Shown here: positions 1 through 9,410 of the stretch, piece after piece | Layout of the letters: each line of letters opens with the position of its first letter | Numbering within the stretch: position 1 is the stretch's first letter | Assembly: GCA_045652625.1 (NCBI GenBank) | Contig: JAZRUR010000007.1 | Coordinates: 10,037 to 74,036, forward strand | DNA length: 64,000 nucleotides | Direction: 5' to 3' | DNA from: Eubacteriales bacterium | GTDB taxonomy: Bacteria > Bacillota > Clostridia > Oscillospirales > CAG-382 | Position numbers and translations under genes: made by a program | Notes under the pieces: generated by a model | Told to the model about the DNA's origin: nothing | Seen by the model: the letters and a program-made list of their open reading frames with translations, nothing else | Databases searched by the model: none

Positions 1-436
1 GGTCATCTGTACTCGCCTCGATACCCAAATTAAGCGATACATAACTTTTTAAAAGAAATATCGCCGCCGCATAAATACCGAACGTTATTAAAAATACCCC
101 GACCGAACGCATAGAGGTATTTAAAAACGCGGTCCTTAGTCTGTTGACAGTTTTCATGACCGCACTTCGGGATATAACCGAAGCAATAGCATTGCGGGTA
201 GGCATAGAAAAATTCTTTCTGATGCCGATCTTTTTATAAAGCGGACCTGTCACCTTTTCGCGGGCGAACTCGTCAACCTTCTTTAAAGAAGTTAGCAACG
301 GCGATGCAACACCGCTTTCGAACATACGAACAAAACGCGAGGAAAGTCTGCGTGTAGACGACAAAACAAGACTCTCTTGCGCGAGTCTCTTTAATGTTCC
401 GCGTCTATATCTTTTTTTCCTCGCTTTGTTCATCAT
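1..436 (-). CDS. hypothetical membrane protein, partial (continues beyond window start)
   Basis: Absent from the ORF track because it runs off the window. Manual minus-strand translation is open from ATG-ATG (436/433) to position 1: MMNKAKRKKRYRRGTLKRL...NTSMRSVGVFLITFGIYAAAIFLLKSY... It has a basic N-terminus followed by a TM-like helix. It overlaps the trmD 3' end by about 30 nt. Start uncertain. Confidence 0.5.
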   Translation of the reverse strand, partial: MMNKARKKRYRRGTLKRLAQESLVLSSTRRLSSRFVRMFESGVASPLLTSLKKVDEFAREKVTGPLYKKIGIRKNFSMPTRNAIASVISRSAVMKTVNRLRTAFLNTSMRSVGVFLITFGIYAAAIFLLKSYVSLNLGIEASTDD

Positions 437-1115
437 TTTGCTCCATTAAATCCGGTCGTTTCATTTCCGTACGGATACGGCTTTGTTCCTCTTTCCAACG
501 GCGCTGTTTAGCGTGATCGCCGTTTATGAGAACCTCGGGAACTTCAAGCCCCTCGAAAACACGCGGACGAGTATACTGCGCATGTTCCAACAAGCCGTTT
601 TGCAAACTTTCCTCGGAATAACATTCCGAAGAAGGCAACACGCCGTCAATAAGACGTGAAACACAATCCACCACTATCGCGGCAGGTAATTCACCGCCCG
701 TAAGTACGTAGTCGCCAACCGAGATTTCCTCGTCTACTTCAAGTTCGATAATACGCTCATCAATGCCCTCGTAATGACCGCAAAGCAAGATAAGATTGTC
801 GTATTTTGTAAGTTCTTCCGCCTTTTTCTGATTAAAAAGCGAACCTTGAGGTGACATATATATCACTCTCGTCGAGCCCGAAAGACGCGACTTGACCGCA
901 CGTATGCAATCAACTACCGGTTGACACATCATAACCATTCCGTAACCGCCCCCGTAAGGCGCATCGTCAACTTTACGGTGCTTGTCCTTGGTGTAGTCAC
1001 GGATATCTGTGCAATTTACGGAAATTACACCTTTATTAACCGCTCTGCCGATTATACTTGAACCGAATATCGGTTTAAGAGAATCGGGAAAAAGCGTAAG
1101 TACCTCGAAGTTCAT
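405..1115 (-). CDS. trmD: tRNA (guanine37-N1)-methyltransferase TrmD
   Basis: 236 aa. Has an MNFEVLTLFP start, the PYGGGYGMVM motif and LLCGHYEGIDERI, and sits in rimM-trmD synteny. Confidence 0.95.
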   Translation of the reverse strand: MNFEVLTLFPDSLKPIFGSSIIGRAVNKGVISVNCTDIRDYTKDKHRKVDDAPYGGGYGMVMMCQPVVDCIRAVKSRLSGSTRVIYMSPQGSLFNQKKAEELTKYDNLILLCGHYEGIDERIIELEVDEEISVGDYVLTGGELPAAIVVDCVSRLIDGVLPSSECYSEESLQNGLLEHAQYTRPRVFEGLEVPEVLINGDHAKQRRWKEEQSRIRTEMKRPDLMEQNDEQSEEKKI

Positions 1116-1127
1116 CTTCGCACTCTC

Positions 1128-1619
1128 CTACGCTTCAAAACCGTCGATAAGACGGATGATTATTCCGGTATTGAGATCAGTCCTTACGATGAATTCCTTC
1201 ACCGCAGGAATGATATATTTCTTTTCGCCTTCGACATAATAAATGTCGGACGCCATTCCCTCTTCAATACGCTTCAAAGTGCCAATACTTACACCTGTCG
1301 CTTCATCAATAACAGGAAGACCTATAAGGTCATCGTTATAATATACTCCATCGGGCAGAGGGATATCTTCCCGATCGAAATAAACCGTCCTGCCGGTTAG
1401 AGTGGCTGCAGAATTCCTATCCTCATAGCCGACAAATATCACGGTTGAAACCGTTTCGCGGAAGGCTTTTACCTCCAACGGACGTTTTCCCTCGGAATCG
1501 AGGTAAAGGTATTTCACTCCGCTTAAAAAGTCGATACTGTCGCACCAACATTCAAAACGGAGTTCGCCCTTAAGTCCGCGCGGAGAATTCAGCCTCCCTG
1601 CTTCAAGAAAACGCCTCAT
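1128..1619 (-). CDS. rimM: 16S rRNA processing protein RimM
   Basis: 163 aa, located between the KH protein and trmD. N-terminal GRLNSPRGLKGELRF pattern typical of RimM, with a PRC-barrel-like C-terminus. Confidence 0.9.
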   Translation of the reverse strand: MRRFLEAGRLNSPRGLKGELRFECWCDSIDFLSGVKYLYLDSEGKRPLEVKAFRETVSTVIFVGYEDRNSAATLTGRTVYFDREDIPLPDGVYYNDDLIGLPVIDEATGVSIGTLKRIEEGMASDIYYVEGEKKYIIPAVKEFIVRTDLNTGIIIRLIDGFEA

Positions 1620-1846
1620 CAGATAATATCTACGATAACGCGCTTGTTCTCTTTGGCGGCAGCCGCACGCATTACTGTACGAATACTCTTTGCGATCTTG
1701 CCTTCCTTACCGATGACTCTGCCCATATCGTGCTTCGCCACCGAAAGTTCGAGAACTACTGTGTCACCGCTGACCTTTTCGGTTACAGATACCGAATCGG
1801 GATCCTCGACGATAGCCTTTGTGATATCGAGAAGAATCTGTTTCAT
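1619..1846 (-). CDS. KH-domain RNA-binding protein (YlqC-like)
   Basis: 75 aa with the VIGKEGKIAKSIRTV GXXG KH motif. Conserved position between rpsP and rimM, with start/stop overlaps on both neighbours. Confidence 0.85.
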   Translation of the reverse strand: MKQILLDITKAIVEDPDSVSVTEKVSGDTVVLELSVAKHDMGRVIGKEGKIAKSIRTVMRAAAAKENKRVIVDII

Positions 1847-2091
1847 TAATCTAATACTCCGCTCTTCTTAAGAAGATCTCTTACGGTATCAGTAGGCTGT
1901 GCACCGTTGCCGATCCACTTCTTTGCCTTTTCGGAATCAATTTTAACTTCCGCAGGGTTGGTCATGGGGTTGTAAAAACCGATTTCTTCGATGAATCTGC
2001 CATCGCGGGGATAACGGGAATCTGCAACAACGATTCTGTAGTGGGGTGCTTTCTTTGCGCCCATTCTTCTGAGTCTGATCTTAACTGCCAT
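1846..2091 (-). CDS. rpsP: 30S ribosomal protein S16
   Basis: 81 aa, [26 protein letters not shown], a canonical S16 N-terminus. Confidence 0.96.
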   Translation of the reverse strand: MAVKIRLRRMGAKKAPHYRIVVADSRYPRDGRFIEEIGFYNPMTNPAEVKIDSEKAKKWIGNGAQPTDTVRDLLKKSGVLD

Positions 2092-2130
2092 TTTAAATAG
2101 CCTCCAAAAAATTATTAATAAAATTATTTA

Positions 2131-3453
2131 TCAAAAAGGAAATTTGAACTTCCCTCTTTTGCCTTTTTTACCCATGAATTGCTTCATGAGTTGTTTTGTC
2201 TGCTCATACTGCTTCAACAGACGGTTTACTTCCTCAACCGTTCTTCCGCTTCCTGCGGCAATACGGCGTTTGCGCGAGGAGTTTAAAACATCGGGATGAT
2301 TACGCTCGTACGGGGTCATCGAAAGGATTATCGCCTCGGTATGTGCAAGTGCCTTTTCGTCGATATTCGCGTTATTCAGCGCAGACGGTTTTATTCCGGG
2401 CATCATGCCGAGAAGCGAGTCCATAGAACCCATGTCCTTGATCGTCGCAAGTTGGTCAAGAAAATCGGTGAGAGTAAAACTCTGTTCACGGAACTTACGC
2501 TCCATTTCAAGTGCTTTCTTCTCGTCGATTTGCTGTTCAGCCTTTTCGATAAGAGTAAGAACGTCACCCATACCAAGAATACGTGATGCCATTCTGTCGG
2601 GGTGGAACGGTTCTAAGCAATCGAGTTTTTCGCCTGTACCGATAAACTTTATCGGCTTACCGGTAATATATTTTACCGAAAGTGCCGCACCGCCACGGGT
2701 ATCGCCGTCCATTTTAGTAAGGATAACGCCCGTTATATCCAACAAATCGTTAAAACTCTTTGCAACATTAACGGCATCTTGTCCCGTCATAGCGTCTACT
2801 ACAAGCAAAATTTCCGCAGGTTCTGTAACCTCTTTTACACGTTTGAGTTCGTTCATGAGTTCTTCGTCTACATGAAGTCTACCCGCAGTATCTATTATTA
2901 CGGTATCAAAACCGTATTTTATTGCATGTTTTATAGCCTCTTTCGAAGTTTCGGCAGGGTCGTTCGTACCGCGTTCAAAAACCTGAACCCCAACCTTTTC
3001 GCCTACGACCTGCAACTGAGTAATAGCCGCGGGACGGTATATATCACAGGCAACAAGCAAGGGGTTGCGTCCCTGCTTTTTAAACATACGTGCAAGTTTA
3101 CCGCAATGGGTCGTTTTACCCGAACCCTGAAGACCGCACATAAGTATAACGGTAGGCGGTTTGGGTGAGATATTTATTTTTTGATTAGTGCCGCCCATAA
3201 GTTCGACAAGTTCTTCGTTAACTATCTTAACTATGTGTTGGGCAGGCAAAAGACTTTCAAGTACCTCGTTGCCGACAGCGCGTTCGGAAACACGGGCAAC
3301 AAATTCCTTAACCACCTTGAAGTTAACATCCGCTTCCAAAAGGGCGAGTTTTATCTCGCGCATACCTGCCTTAACATCGGCTTCGGTAAGTTTGCCTTTG
3401 TTACGGAACTTCGAAAAGGCGTTGGACATCTTTTCTACAAGACTTTGAAACAT
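2131..3453 (-). CDS. ffh: signal recognition particle protein Ffh
   Basis: 440 aa. SRP54 GTPase motifs GLQGSGKTT, DTAGR and TKMDGD, plus a Met-rich M domain (LLGMMPG). Confidence 0.97.
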   Translation of the reverse strand: MFQSLVEKMSNAFSKFRNKGKLTEADVKAGMREIKLALLEADVNFKVVKEFVARVSERAVGNEVLESLLPAQHIVKIVNEELVELMGGTNQKINISPKPPTVILMCGLQGSGKTTHCGKLARMFKKQGRNPLLVACDIYRPAAITQLQVVGEKVGVQVFERGTNDPAETSKEAIKHAIKYGFDTVIIDTAGRLHVDEELMNELKRVKEVTEPAEILLVVDAMTGQDAVNVAKSFNDLLDITGVILTKMDGDTRGGAALSVKYITGKPIKFIGTGEKLDCLEPFHPDRMASRILGMGDVLTLIEKAEQQIDEKKALEMERKFREQSFTLTDFLDQLATIKDMGSMDSLLGMMPGIKPSALNNANIDEKALAHTEAIILSMTPYERNHPDVLNSSRKRRIAAGSGRTVEEVNRLLKQYEQTKQLMKQFMGKKGKRGKFKFPF

Positions 3454-3770
3454 TAAAGTTCTCCTATAATTGACTCGGCAAGGCGATGCATTTCCGAAAC
3501 GTCCTCGCTTTTCTGAATATCGTTAGCGATTTTCGCTAACTTCTCCGTCTTACTATAAAACCCAAGCGACGTTTCGAGCGAATACAGCATTTCCACACCG
3601 TGGCGTATTGCGTCACGTACTCCCTGACGGGTGATTCCGCAATTCTCGCTTATTTCTGCAAGTGAAAGATCCTCATTATAATAAAGATCGACAACATCCT
3701 TTTGCCTTTCGGAAAGTGCATTTCCGTAAATATCAATCAATCGGCAGATATATGCCCTATCTTCATTCAC
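3453..3770 (-). CDS. ylxM: YlxM/UPF0122 putative DNA-binding protein
   Basis: LYYNEDLSLAEISENCGITRQGVRDAI is an HTH typical of YlxM upstream of ffh. The ORF-track start (3809) was replaced by GTG at 3770, preceded by GGGAGGG at 7 nt. Confidence 0.8.
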   Translation of the reverse strand: MNEDRAYICRLIDIYGNALSERQKDVVDLYYNEDLSLAEISENCGITRQGVRDAIRHGVEMLYSLETSLGFYSKTEKLAKIANDIQKSEDVSEMHRLAESIIGEL

Positions 3771-3790
3771 GAATACACCCTCCCGACAAA

Positions 3791-3838
3791 TTTGCTTTAT
3801 TAAAAGCAAACGCCTGTAAAGTAATTTTCTTTACAGGC
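3791..3838 (-). terminator. tandem hairpins after the clpC-like gene
   Basis: GCCTGTAAAG (3812-3821) pairs with CTTTACAGGC (3829-3838) and is followed on the minus strand by GTTTGCTTTT. A second 8-bp hairpin is TTTGCTTT/AAAGCAAA (3791-3810). Confidence 0.6.
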
Positions 3839-3866
3839 AGTATTATACACCCTTTATGCGCTCTTG

Positions 3867-6116
3867 TCAATAGGTGTTTTGCTTTATTTTTGCTATGCCG
3901 TGCCGATTTTCAGCAAAAAGTGTGACAACTTCACCGTTTTTTACTGAATCATCAAGCAAAACGTCCGAAATCGCCTCCTCTGCAAGGCGCAACGCCATGC
4001 GGGATACCGCACGTGCGCTCGTTGCAGATGCGTATTCTACAACGTTCAATGCAAAATCCGAGGATATCTCGACCTCCATGCCGCTCTCGCGCAGTTTCGC
4101 ACGGAAAGTATCAAGACGGCTTTGCGCCACCGCGCAAAGTTCCTCTTTCCCAAGCGAACGAAACATAATAATCTCATCCACCCGATCGACAAGTTCAGGC
4201 GCTAAAAGACGCGCGGCCTCGTTTTTGACAGCATTGGAATTTTCGTTAGCGAACCCTATTCCGCCGCTTCCCTGACCGCAGTTGGCAGTCATGATTACCA
4301 TAGTATTATCAAAACGCACCGTCAGACCCGAAGAATCGGTCAGCGTACCCTCATCGAGCAACTGCAAAAGCAACGAACGTACGTCGGGATGTGCTTTTTC
4401 TATTTCATCAAACAGAACAAGCGAATACGGGTTTCTGCGTACGCGTTCGGTAAGCGCACCGCCCTCACCAAATCCGACGTAACCCGGCGGAGAGCCGATA
4501 ATTTTAGAAACGCTGTGCGGTTCGGAAAACTCAGTCATATCCAACCGTATAAACGACTTATCGTTATAAAACACCGCTTTCGCCAACGCTTTTGCGCATT
4601 CGGTTTTCCCTACACCGGCACGGCCTATAAAAAGGAACGAGCCGTTTGGTCTGCCTCCGTTGTGAACACCCAAACGCGCACGTCGTACCGCCTTGCAAAG
4701 AACATTTATCGCCTCATCTTGACCTATAACATGCTGTTTCAACTTGTTTTCGAGCGTTTTTAACCGTTCTCGCTCGGTCGAATTCAAGTCGGTTATCGGT
4801 ATTCCCGTACGAATTTCGGTTGCCTTTGCAATATCGGATTCGGTAAGAGTAGGTTTCTTTCGTCCCGAATGATTGATCTTAAGATTTGCCGCTGCCTCGT
4901 CAATTAAATCAATCGCCTTATCGGGCAAACATCGGTCGGCAACATAGCGCACAGACAGCGAAACGGCAGACTTTATGGCTTCATCGCTTATATGAACATT
5001 ATGATATTTCTCATACTTTTCCTTGATCCCGAAAAGCATTTCGCAACATTCTTTTTCGCTCGGTTCGGGAATATTTATCGGTTGAAAACGGCGTTCGAGC
5101 GCTTTATCACGCTCTATACTTTCTCGGTATTCATCAAGCGTAGTTGCGCCGATTAGCCGTATCTCTCCACGTGCAAGTGCAGGTTTAAGGATATTAGACG
5201 CATCTATCGCGCCCTCTGCGCCGCCTGCACCGACTATTGTATGAAGTTCATCAATAAAAAGAATCACATCTCCTGCGTTCTTGACTTCGTCGAGTATATT
5301 TTTTATCTTTTCTTCAAACTCGCCTCGATACTTTGTTCCCGCCACTACCATAGACAGTTCAAGACTCATTATGCGTTTGTTTTTCAGTTCATCTGGCACG
5401 TCGCCCGATGCAATACGTGAGGCGATGGATTCTACAACGGCAGTCTTTCCCACCCCTGCTTCACCTACAAGGCAGGGGTTATTTTTAGAGCGACGCAGAA
5501 GAATCGCAATAATACGTTCTTCCTGCCTTTCTCTGCCGATAACAGGGTCTATTTTATTCAATCGAGCCTTAGCGGTAAGGTCTACTGCGTTAGCATTCAA
5601 TAATGGAGTAGGTTTTACAGTTTTCGTACGCAAGGACGGCGATATCTCTACTTCGGTTTCATCTATTTCATATTTATTGTCACAATAAAGTTCTTCAAGC
5701 ACAGTTTGAAGTTCATCGGTGTCGATCGCGCATTCTCTGAGAAGTCTTATAGCAACACATTCCTCACGCAAAAGCGAAAGCATAAGGTGCTCAACACCCA
5801 CGCTTGTTGCCTCCTCTGCACCTGCAATAAACGAAGCGCGAAGAATTATTCTGCGGCAAACGGGAGTCATATCATCGCTTGTAAGCATTGTTTTGCAACC
5901 CATTCCCACTATACTGACGATTTTATCTCGAACATCGTCATAATTCACGCCGCGTTCCGAAAGCAGCCTTGACGGGGCTGATTCGACATCTCGCAGCATT
6001 CCCAAAAGAAGATGTTCGCTCCCGACATAAGAATGACCTAATTCCTTTGCCGAAAGCAATGCCGCTGTTATCACACGCCTTGCATCATCCGAAAAACGCT
6101 TTGTTATTTCGCCCAC
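3867..6116 (-). CDS. clpC: Clp/Hsp100 ATPase, ClpC-like (two AAA+ modules, no middle domain)
   Basis: 749 aa. Two Clp_N repeats, D1 Walker [11 protein letters not shown]2 Walker [10 protein letters not shown], and the HVIGQDEAI and GGIGF (ClpP-loop-like) motifs. GTG start with GGAGGGG 8 nt upstream. Confidence 0.85.
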   Translation of the reverse strand: MGEITKRFSDDARRVITAALLSAKELGHSYVGSEHLLLGMLRDVESAPSRLLSERGVNYDDVRDKIVSIVGMGCKTMLTSDDMTPVCRRIILRASFIAGAEEATSVGVEHLMLSLLREECVAIRLLRECAIDTDELQTVLEELYCDNKYEIDETEVEISPSLRTKTVKPTPLLNANAVDLTAKARLNKIDPVIGRERQEERIIAILLRRSKNNPCLVGEAGVGKTAVVESIASRIASGDVPDELKNKRIMSLELSMVVAGTKYRGEFEEKIKNILDEVKNAGDVILFIDELHTIVGAGGAEGAIDASNILKPALARGEIRLIGATTLDEYRESIERDKALERRFQPINIPEPSEKECCEMLFGIKEKYEKYHNVHISDEAIKSAVSLSVRYVADRCLPDKAIDLIDEAAANLKINHSGRKKPTLTESDIAKATEIRTGIPITDLNSTERERLKTLENKLKQHVIGQDEAINVLCKAVRRARLGVHNGGRPNGSFLFIGRAGVGKTECAKALAKAVFYNDKSFIRLDMTEFSEPHSVSKIIGSPPGYVGFGEGGALTERVRRNPYSLVLFDEIEKAHPDVRSLLLQLLDEGTLTDSSGLTVRFDNTMVIMTANCGQGSGGIGFANENSNAVKNEAARLLAPELVDRVDEIIMFRSLGKEELCAVAQSRLDTFRAKLRESGMEVEISSDFALNVVEYASATSARAVSRMALRLAEEAISDVLLDDSVKNGEVVTLFAENRHGIAKIKQNTY

Positions 6117-6250
6117 CTATATATCCCCTCCGAATATTTGCTATCCGCAACAACAGAATATGTAAAAAACAAAAAAATTGTTAACCTTACCACTTCCATT
6201 TTTACAAACGGTATGTTATAATAAATCAAATTAGTATCATTAGGAAAGGA

Positions 6251-6937
6251 GTGGGCAAATTGGCAGAAAAAACGGTTAAAAAAAGCCGTACGAAAGACCC
6301 GATTGTTAAAAAAGCAGCCAAGAAGCGCAGAAGAAGTTCAGGCGCATTTACACAGATTCTCGCTGTACTTATCCTATTCTTGGCATTTTATTTGATAATT
6401 ACTCTTTTCATCGCGGGTTTGATTTATTATTCTTTCAATACAACGGCGAAAAATACAGAAATTTACTCGCTTAACGTCGTTTATGACGAAACGACGCTCC
6501 ACAAAATGGCTGCCGAAGATGCCAACAACGAATACGGTCTTTATATTCCGTTCTCCTACCTTTCCGAAATCGGCGCGTTCGGCCTTGCGGGTGACGGCGA
6601 CGAAGTTACTTTATTCCTTATCGGAACAGACAACCGAATAGAGTGCACAAAAAATTCTTCGCTCATAGTTATAAACGACAACCCCATCCGAATATCCGCA
6701 CCTATTCTTTATGAAAACGGTGAATATCTTATCCCCGTCATGCTTTTGGAAAACTATGTAAACGGAATAAATATTACATACGATGACGAAAAAATGACAT
6801 GCAGTGTATCATCAGATGCAGGTAAAACCGATATCGCTCTTAAACTGCTTCTTCCCGAATCTATTAAATCTGCATATTTCCCCGAATCATATAAATATTA
6901 CGGAGATATTCCCGATACCGAAAACACGCAACCTTAA
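6251..6937 (+). CDS. hypothetical single-pass membrane protein
   Basis: 228 aa. GTG start after AGGAAAGGA. Lys/Arg-rich N-terminal tail, one TM helix (FTQILAVLILFLAFYLIITLFIAGLIYY), then a beta-rich ectodomain. Family not recognised with confidence. Confidence 0.6.
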   Translation: MGKLAEKTVKKSRTKDPIVKKAAKKRRRSSGAFTQILAVLILFLAFYLIITLFIAGLIYYSFNTTAKNTEIYSLNVVYDETTLHKMAAEDANNEYGLYIPFSYLSEIGAFGLAGDGDEVTLFLIGTDNRIECTKNSSLIVINDNPIRISAPILYENGEYLIPVMLLENYVNGINITYDDEKMTCSVSSDAGKTDIALKLLLPESIKSAYFPESYKYYGDIPDTENTQP

Positions 6938-6957
6938 ACATAATCCTCACAAAAATA

Positions 6958-6986
6958 CCCTCCTATGGTGCAAAACCATAGGAGGG
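6958..6986. terminator. bidirectional intrinsic terminator
   Basis: Perfect 12-bp stem CCCTCCTATGGT/ACCATAGGAGGG with a 5-nt loop, an A-run upstream and a T-rich run downstream. It lies between the convergent 6251-6937 gene and hpf. Confidence 0.8.
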
Positions 6987-7007
6987 TTTCTTTATATTAC
7001 AAGACGT

Positions 7008-7529
7008 CTATTCGATAGGTTCGATAACGCCGTAATCTTTATCGTCGCGTTTATAAACGACATTATACCTTCCGTTTTCGGAATTAAGAAACATATAGAA
7101 ATTGTGCTGAAGCAAATTCATCTGCAAGATCGCTTCTTCAATACTCATGGGGTGCATTTCAAACCGTTTGACCTTTGCAACCTCGATAGTTTCTTCCGCT
7201 TCGGCAAGTTCGGCTTCGGCAAACATTTCTTTCTTTACATGGATTTTCTTTTCGAGTCTGGTACGGTTCTTTCTTATCTGGCGTTCGATATTTTCCATAG
7301 CAGTATCGAGCGCACATTTATAATCTTTATCCGATATTTCAGAACGGAAAATCGAACCGTTACGGTAGATGGTGAGTTCTATTCTCTCGCCGATTTTGTT
7401 ACTGCTCAAGGCGACGGTTGCCTCGGTGTCTTCAGAGAAGAATTTATCGAACTTCTTTAACTTCTTCTCAATCCATTCGCGCACATCATCGGTAAGGGTG
7501 AACTTCTTGGTGATGATTCTGATCTTCAT
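7008..7529 (-). CDS. hpf: ribosome hibernation promoting factor (long HPF)
   Basis: 173 aa. MKIRIITKKFTLTDDVREWIEKKL... N-terminal S30AE domain plus a C-terminal dimerisation domain (KVKRFEMHPMSIEEAILQM). Confidence 0.93.
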   Translation of the reverse strand: MKIRIITKKFTLTDDVREWIEKKLKKFDKFFSEDTEATVALSSNKIGERIELTIYRNGSIFRSEISDKDYKCALDTAMENIERQIRKNRTRLEKKIHVKKEMFAEAELAEAEETIEVAKVKRFEMHPMSIEEAILQMNLLQHNFYMFLNSENGRYNVVYKRDDKDYGVIEPIE

Positions 7530-7577
7530 AACTCCATCTCCTATTCTTTATATGGGACATTCTCTATGTCCACTATC

Positions 7578-7606
7578 ATATTACCATATATGCGCACATT
7601 TGTCAA
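7578..7606 (-). promoter_or_regulatory. sigma-A-type promoter of hpf
   Basis: Minus strand reads TTGACA (7606-7601), 17 nt, TAATAT (7583-7578). Confidence 0.5.
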
Positions 7607-7663
7607 GTATAATTTATCTTAATGGTCGTTTTTTGTGCAAAATGCACTCGCGAGGGCACAAAA

Positions 7664-7685
7664 AATCGGCAACCAAGTGCCGATT
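7664..7685 (-). terminator. intrinsic terminator after the S1-domain gene
   Basis: AATCGGCA/TGCCGATT 8-bp stem with a 6-nt loop, followed on the minus strand by TTTTGTG. Confidence 0.65.
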
Positions 7686-7693
7686 CAAAGATT

Positions 7694-8077
7694 TTATTTT
7701 CGTTTTTTTCTTGTCTTATCCCTGCCTCGGTTCAAACCGGCTAATTTTTCGTCACTTGCGGTTTTGAACGAGGAAAGCATAGATTCGAAGTCGGTTGCAT
7801 CACATTCCGCACGTGGTGCACGGCGTTCATTAAACTCACGTTTTTTTGTGGTATCGCCGATAAGCGAAAGCCCGAGTTTATTGTTCTCGGTCGAAATGAC
7901 AGTTGCTTCCACATTATCGCCTTTTTTAATGAAACTTCGTATATCCGAAACAAATTCGCGCGAGAGTTTTGATATATGGATCATTCCGATACTTCCGTCC
8001 CCAAGTCGGACAAACGCACCGTAATCGGTTACACCGCTAACTGTACCCTTAACAGTTTCGCCAACCGAATATGCCAT
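7694..8077 (-). CDS. yabR: S1 RNA-binding domain protein (YabR-like)
   Basis: VGETVKGTVSGVTDYGAFVRLGDGSIGMIHISKLS is an S1 fold. ATG at 8077 is preferred, with GGAGG 9 nt upstream. Synteny after divIC matches B. subtilis. Confidence 0.85.
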   Translation of the reverse strand: MAYSVGETVKGTVSGVTDYGAFVRLGDGSIGMIHISKLSREFVSDIRSFIKKGDNVEATVISTENNKLGLSLIGDTTKKREFNERRAPRAECDATDFESMLSSFKTASDEKLAGLNRGRDKTRKKRK

Positions 8078-8095
8078 ATACAATAACCTCCAAAT

Positions 8096-8383
8096 TTATC
8101 CTGCGATGTTGTTCTTGAATATTATTTCATTGGGCTTACGGTAACCGCGTTCACGGGCGATACGCTCGATGAATTCATCATCAACGGGGGTCGCTATACG
8201 AAGTTCAAGTTCGTCGATAGCGTCCTGTCTTGCCTGAACTTCTTTAACAAGTGCGTCGCGTTGGATACGAAGATCATTCATCTGCACTTGAAGATTGATT
8301 ACCGAAACGAAAAGGAATATAAAAATAAAGATAAACGCTGCTCTTATTACAAGATTAGCACGGATCGGCTTCTTTTCTGTCAT
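8096..8383 (-). CDS. divIC: septum formation initiator (FtsB/DivIC family)
   Basis: 95 aa, with one N-terminal TM followed by a coiled coil (LQVQMNDLRIQRDALVKEVQARQDAIDELE). Sits in yabQ-divIC synteny. Confidence 0.8.
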   Translation of the reverse strand: MTEKKPIRANLVIRAAFIFIFIFLFVSVINLQVQMNDLRIQRDALVKEVQARQDAIDELELRIATPVDDEFIERIARERGYRKPNEIIFKNNIAG

Positions 8384-8837
8384 TTTCTTGTTCCTTTCGT
8401 TTAAACTCCGTTGATTTTTTCACACCCGCAACGGTGCGATTACAATAATAGCAAGTATATACACGGCGTGAGATACGTTTAAAAATACCGTACACACGCA
8501 TTTTTATCAAATTTAATATTTTACAGGCCGCCGTCACAAATCTAAGCATAAGCGTCATGACCAAACGGCTTACGGTGAAACGCCAAATCAAAAAACCGAT
8601 CAGCGCAAACACAAACGCATAGGCGCGAATCCTGCCGTAGGAAAGATTAAAAAACAACACCAACATGACAACAGCGGAAATAACGCAAAACGTAAAATCA
8701 CAAATAAACAGAACTGCTGCGTTTTGCGCACGGCGCAATCTGAACAGACGGAAAACATCGAACACTGCGCAAAGAAAAGCACCCACAGCGACAGACCAAA
8801 GCGCAAGTGCGGAATGAAGTAAGTATTCGCCCTGCAC
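8355..8837 (-). CDS. yabQ: spore cortex biosynthesis protein YabQ-like membrane protein
   Basis: 160 aa, polytopic and hydrophobic. The GTG start abuts the yabP stop, and the position matches yabP-yabQ-divIC. Confidence 0.7.
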   Translation of the reverse strand: MQGEYLLHSALALWSVAVGAFLCAVFDVFRLFRLRRAQNAAVLFICDFTFCVISAVVMLVLFFNLSYGRIRAYAFVFALIGFLIWRFTVSRLVMTLMLRFVTAACKILNLIKMRVYGIFKRISRRVYTCYYCNRTVAGVKKSTEFKRKEQENDRKEADPC

Positions 8838-9101
8838 CTATTGCCGCCCGAAGATTCCAAAACGCTTTTTGCGCGGAGTGTCATCGAAATAAACGATAGC
8901 AGTAATATTTCCGTTAACCGTCAACTCGCCGTTTTCGATAGAAAGATTCTTTATAGACAACCCGTCTCCGCTGATATTAAGTTGAGAATCACCGACAGAT
9001 AAACTGACAAGCGTTTCATCAAAACTTACAACATCATCGACTGCGGTGACAGACAAACTCGACCTTGAATCGAGCGAAAGGGTATGCTTTCTTGAATTCA
9101 T
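8838..9101 (-). CDS. yabP: sporulation protein YabP
   Basis: 87 aa with the HTLSLDSRSSLSVTAVDDVVSFDE...LSIKNLSIENGELTVNGNI pattern of YabP. GGAGGAAC RBS. Confidence 0.85.
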   Translation of the reverse strand: MNSRKHTLSLDSRSSLSVTAVDDVVSFDETLVSLSVGDSQLNISGDGLSIKNLSIENGELTVNGNITAIVYFDDTPRKKRFGIFGRQ

Positions 9102-9149
9102 AGCCGTTCCTCCGTTTACATACTTGATAATATGACGGAGGAATGAATT

Positions 9150-9392
9150 TTATTCCAAAACTTCGTACATTTCGGCGGCTTCTGCTTTACGTGTAGTTTC
9201 AGCAACAGAAACGACCCGAAATTTGGTGGTGCGGCTTCCGTAACGCACCTCGATAACATCGCCTATCTTAACATCGTAAGAGGGCTTTACCACCTTGCCG
9301 TTTACCGAAACAAGGTTTTCGCCACACGCTTCGTTTGCAACGGTACGGCGTTTTATTATTCTTGAAACTTTAAGATATTTATCTAATCTCAT
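9150..9392 (-). CDS. S4-domain RNA-binding protein (YabO/Hsp15-like)
   Basis: 80 aa. MRLDKYLKVSRIIKRRTVANEAC...VNGKVVKPSYDVKIGDVIEV is an S4 motif. Confidence 0.85.
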   Translation of the reverse strand: MRLDKYLKVSRIIKRRTVANEACGENLVSVNGKVVKPSYDVKIGDVIEVRYGSRTTKFRVVSVAETTRKAEAAEMYEVLE

Positions 9393-9410
9393 AATATAAA
9401 AAATAGACCA

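Noticed and set aside
369-390. A hairpin (AGACTC/GAGTCT) followed by TGTTTTGT just downstream of trmD, considered as the trmD-operon terminator.
   Set aside because: The stem is only 6 bp with an 8-nt loop, and it lies inside an uninterrupted 145-codon ORF. At best it is a weak attenuator, so it is not reported as a feature.
6804-7460. A 218-aa plus-strand ORF overlapping the end of the 6251-6937 gene and all of hpf (antisense).
   Set aside because: It crosses a perfect bidirectional terminator and opposes a clear HPF gene. Its composition (F/I/K-rich) is typical of an AT-rich antisense frame.
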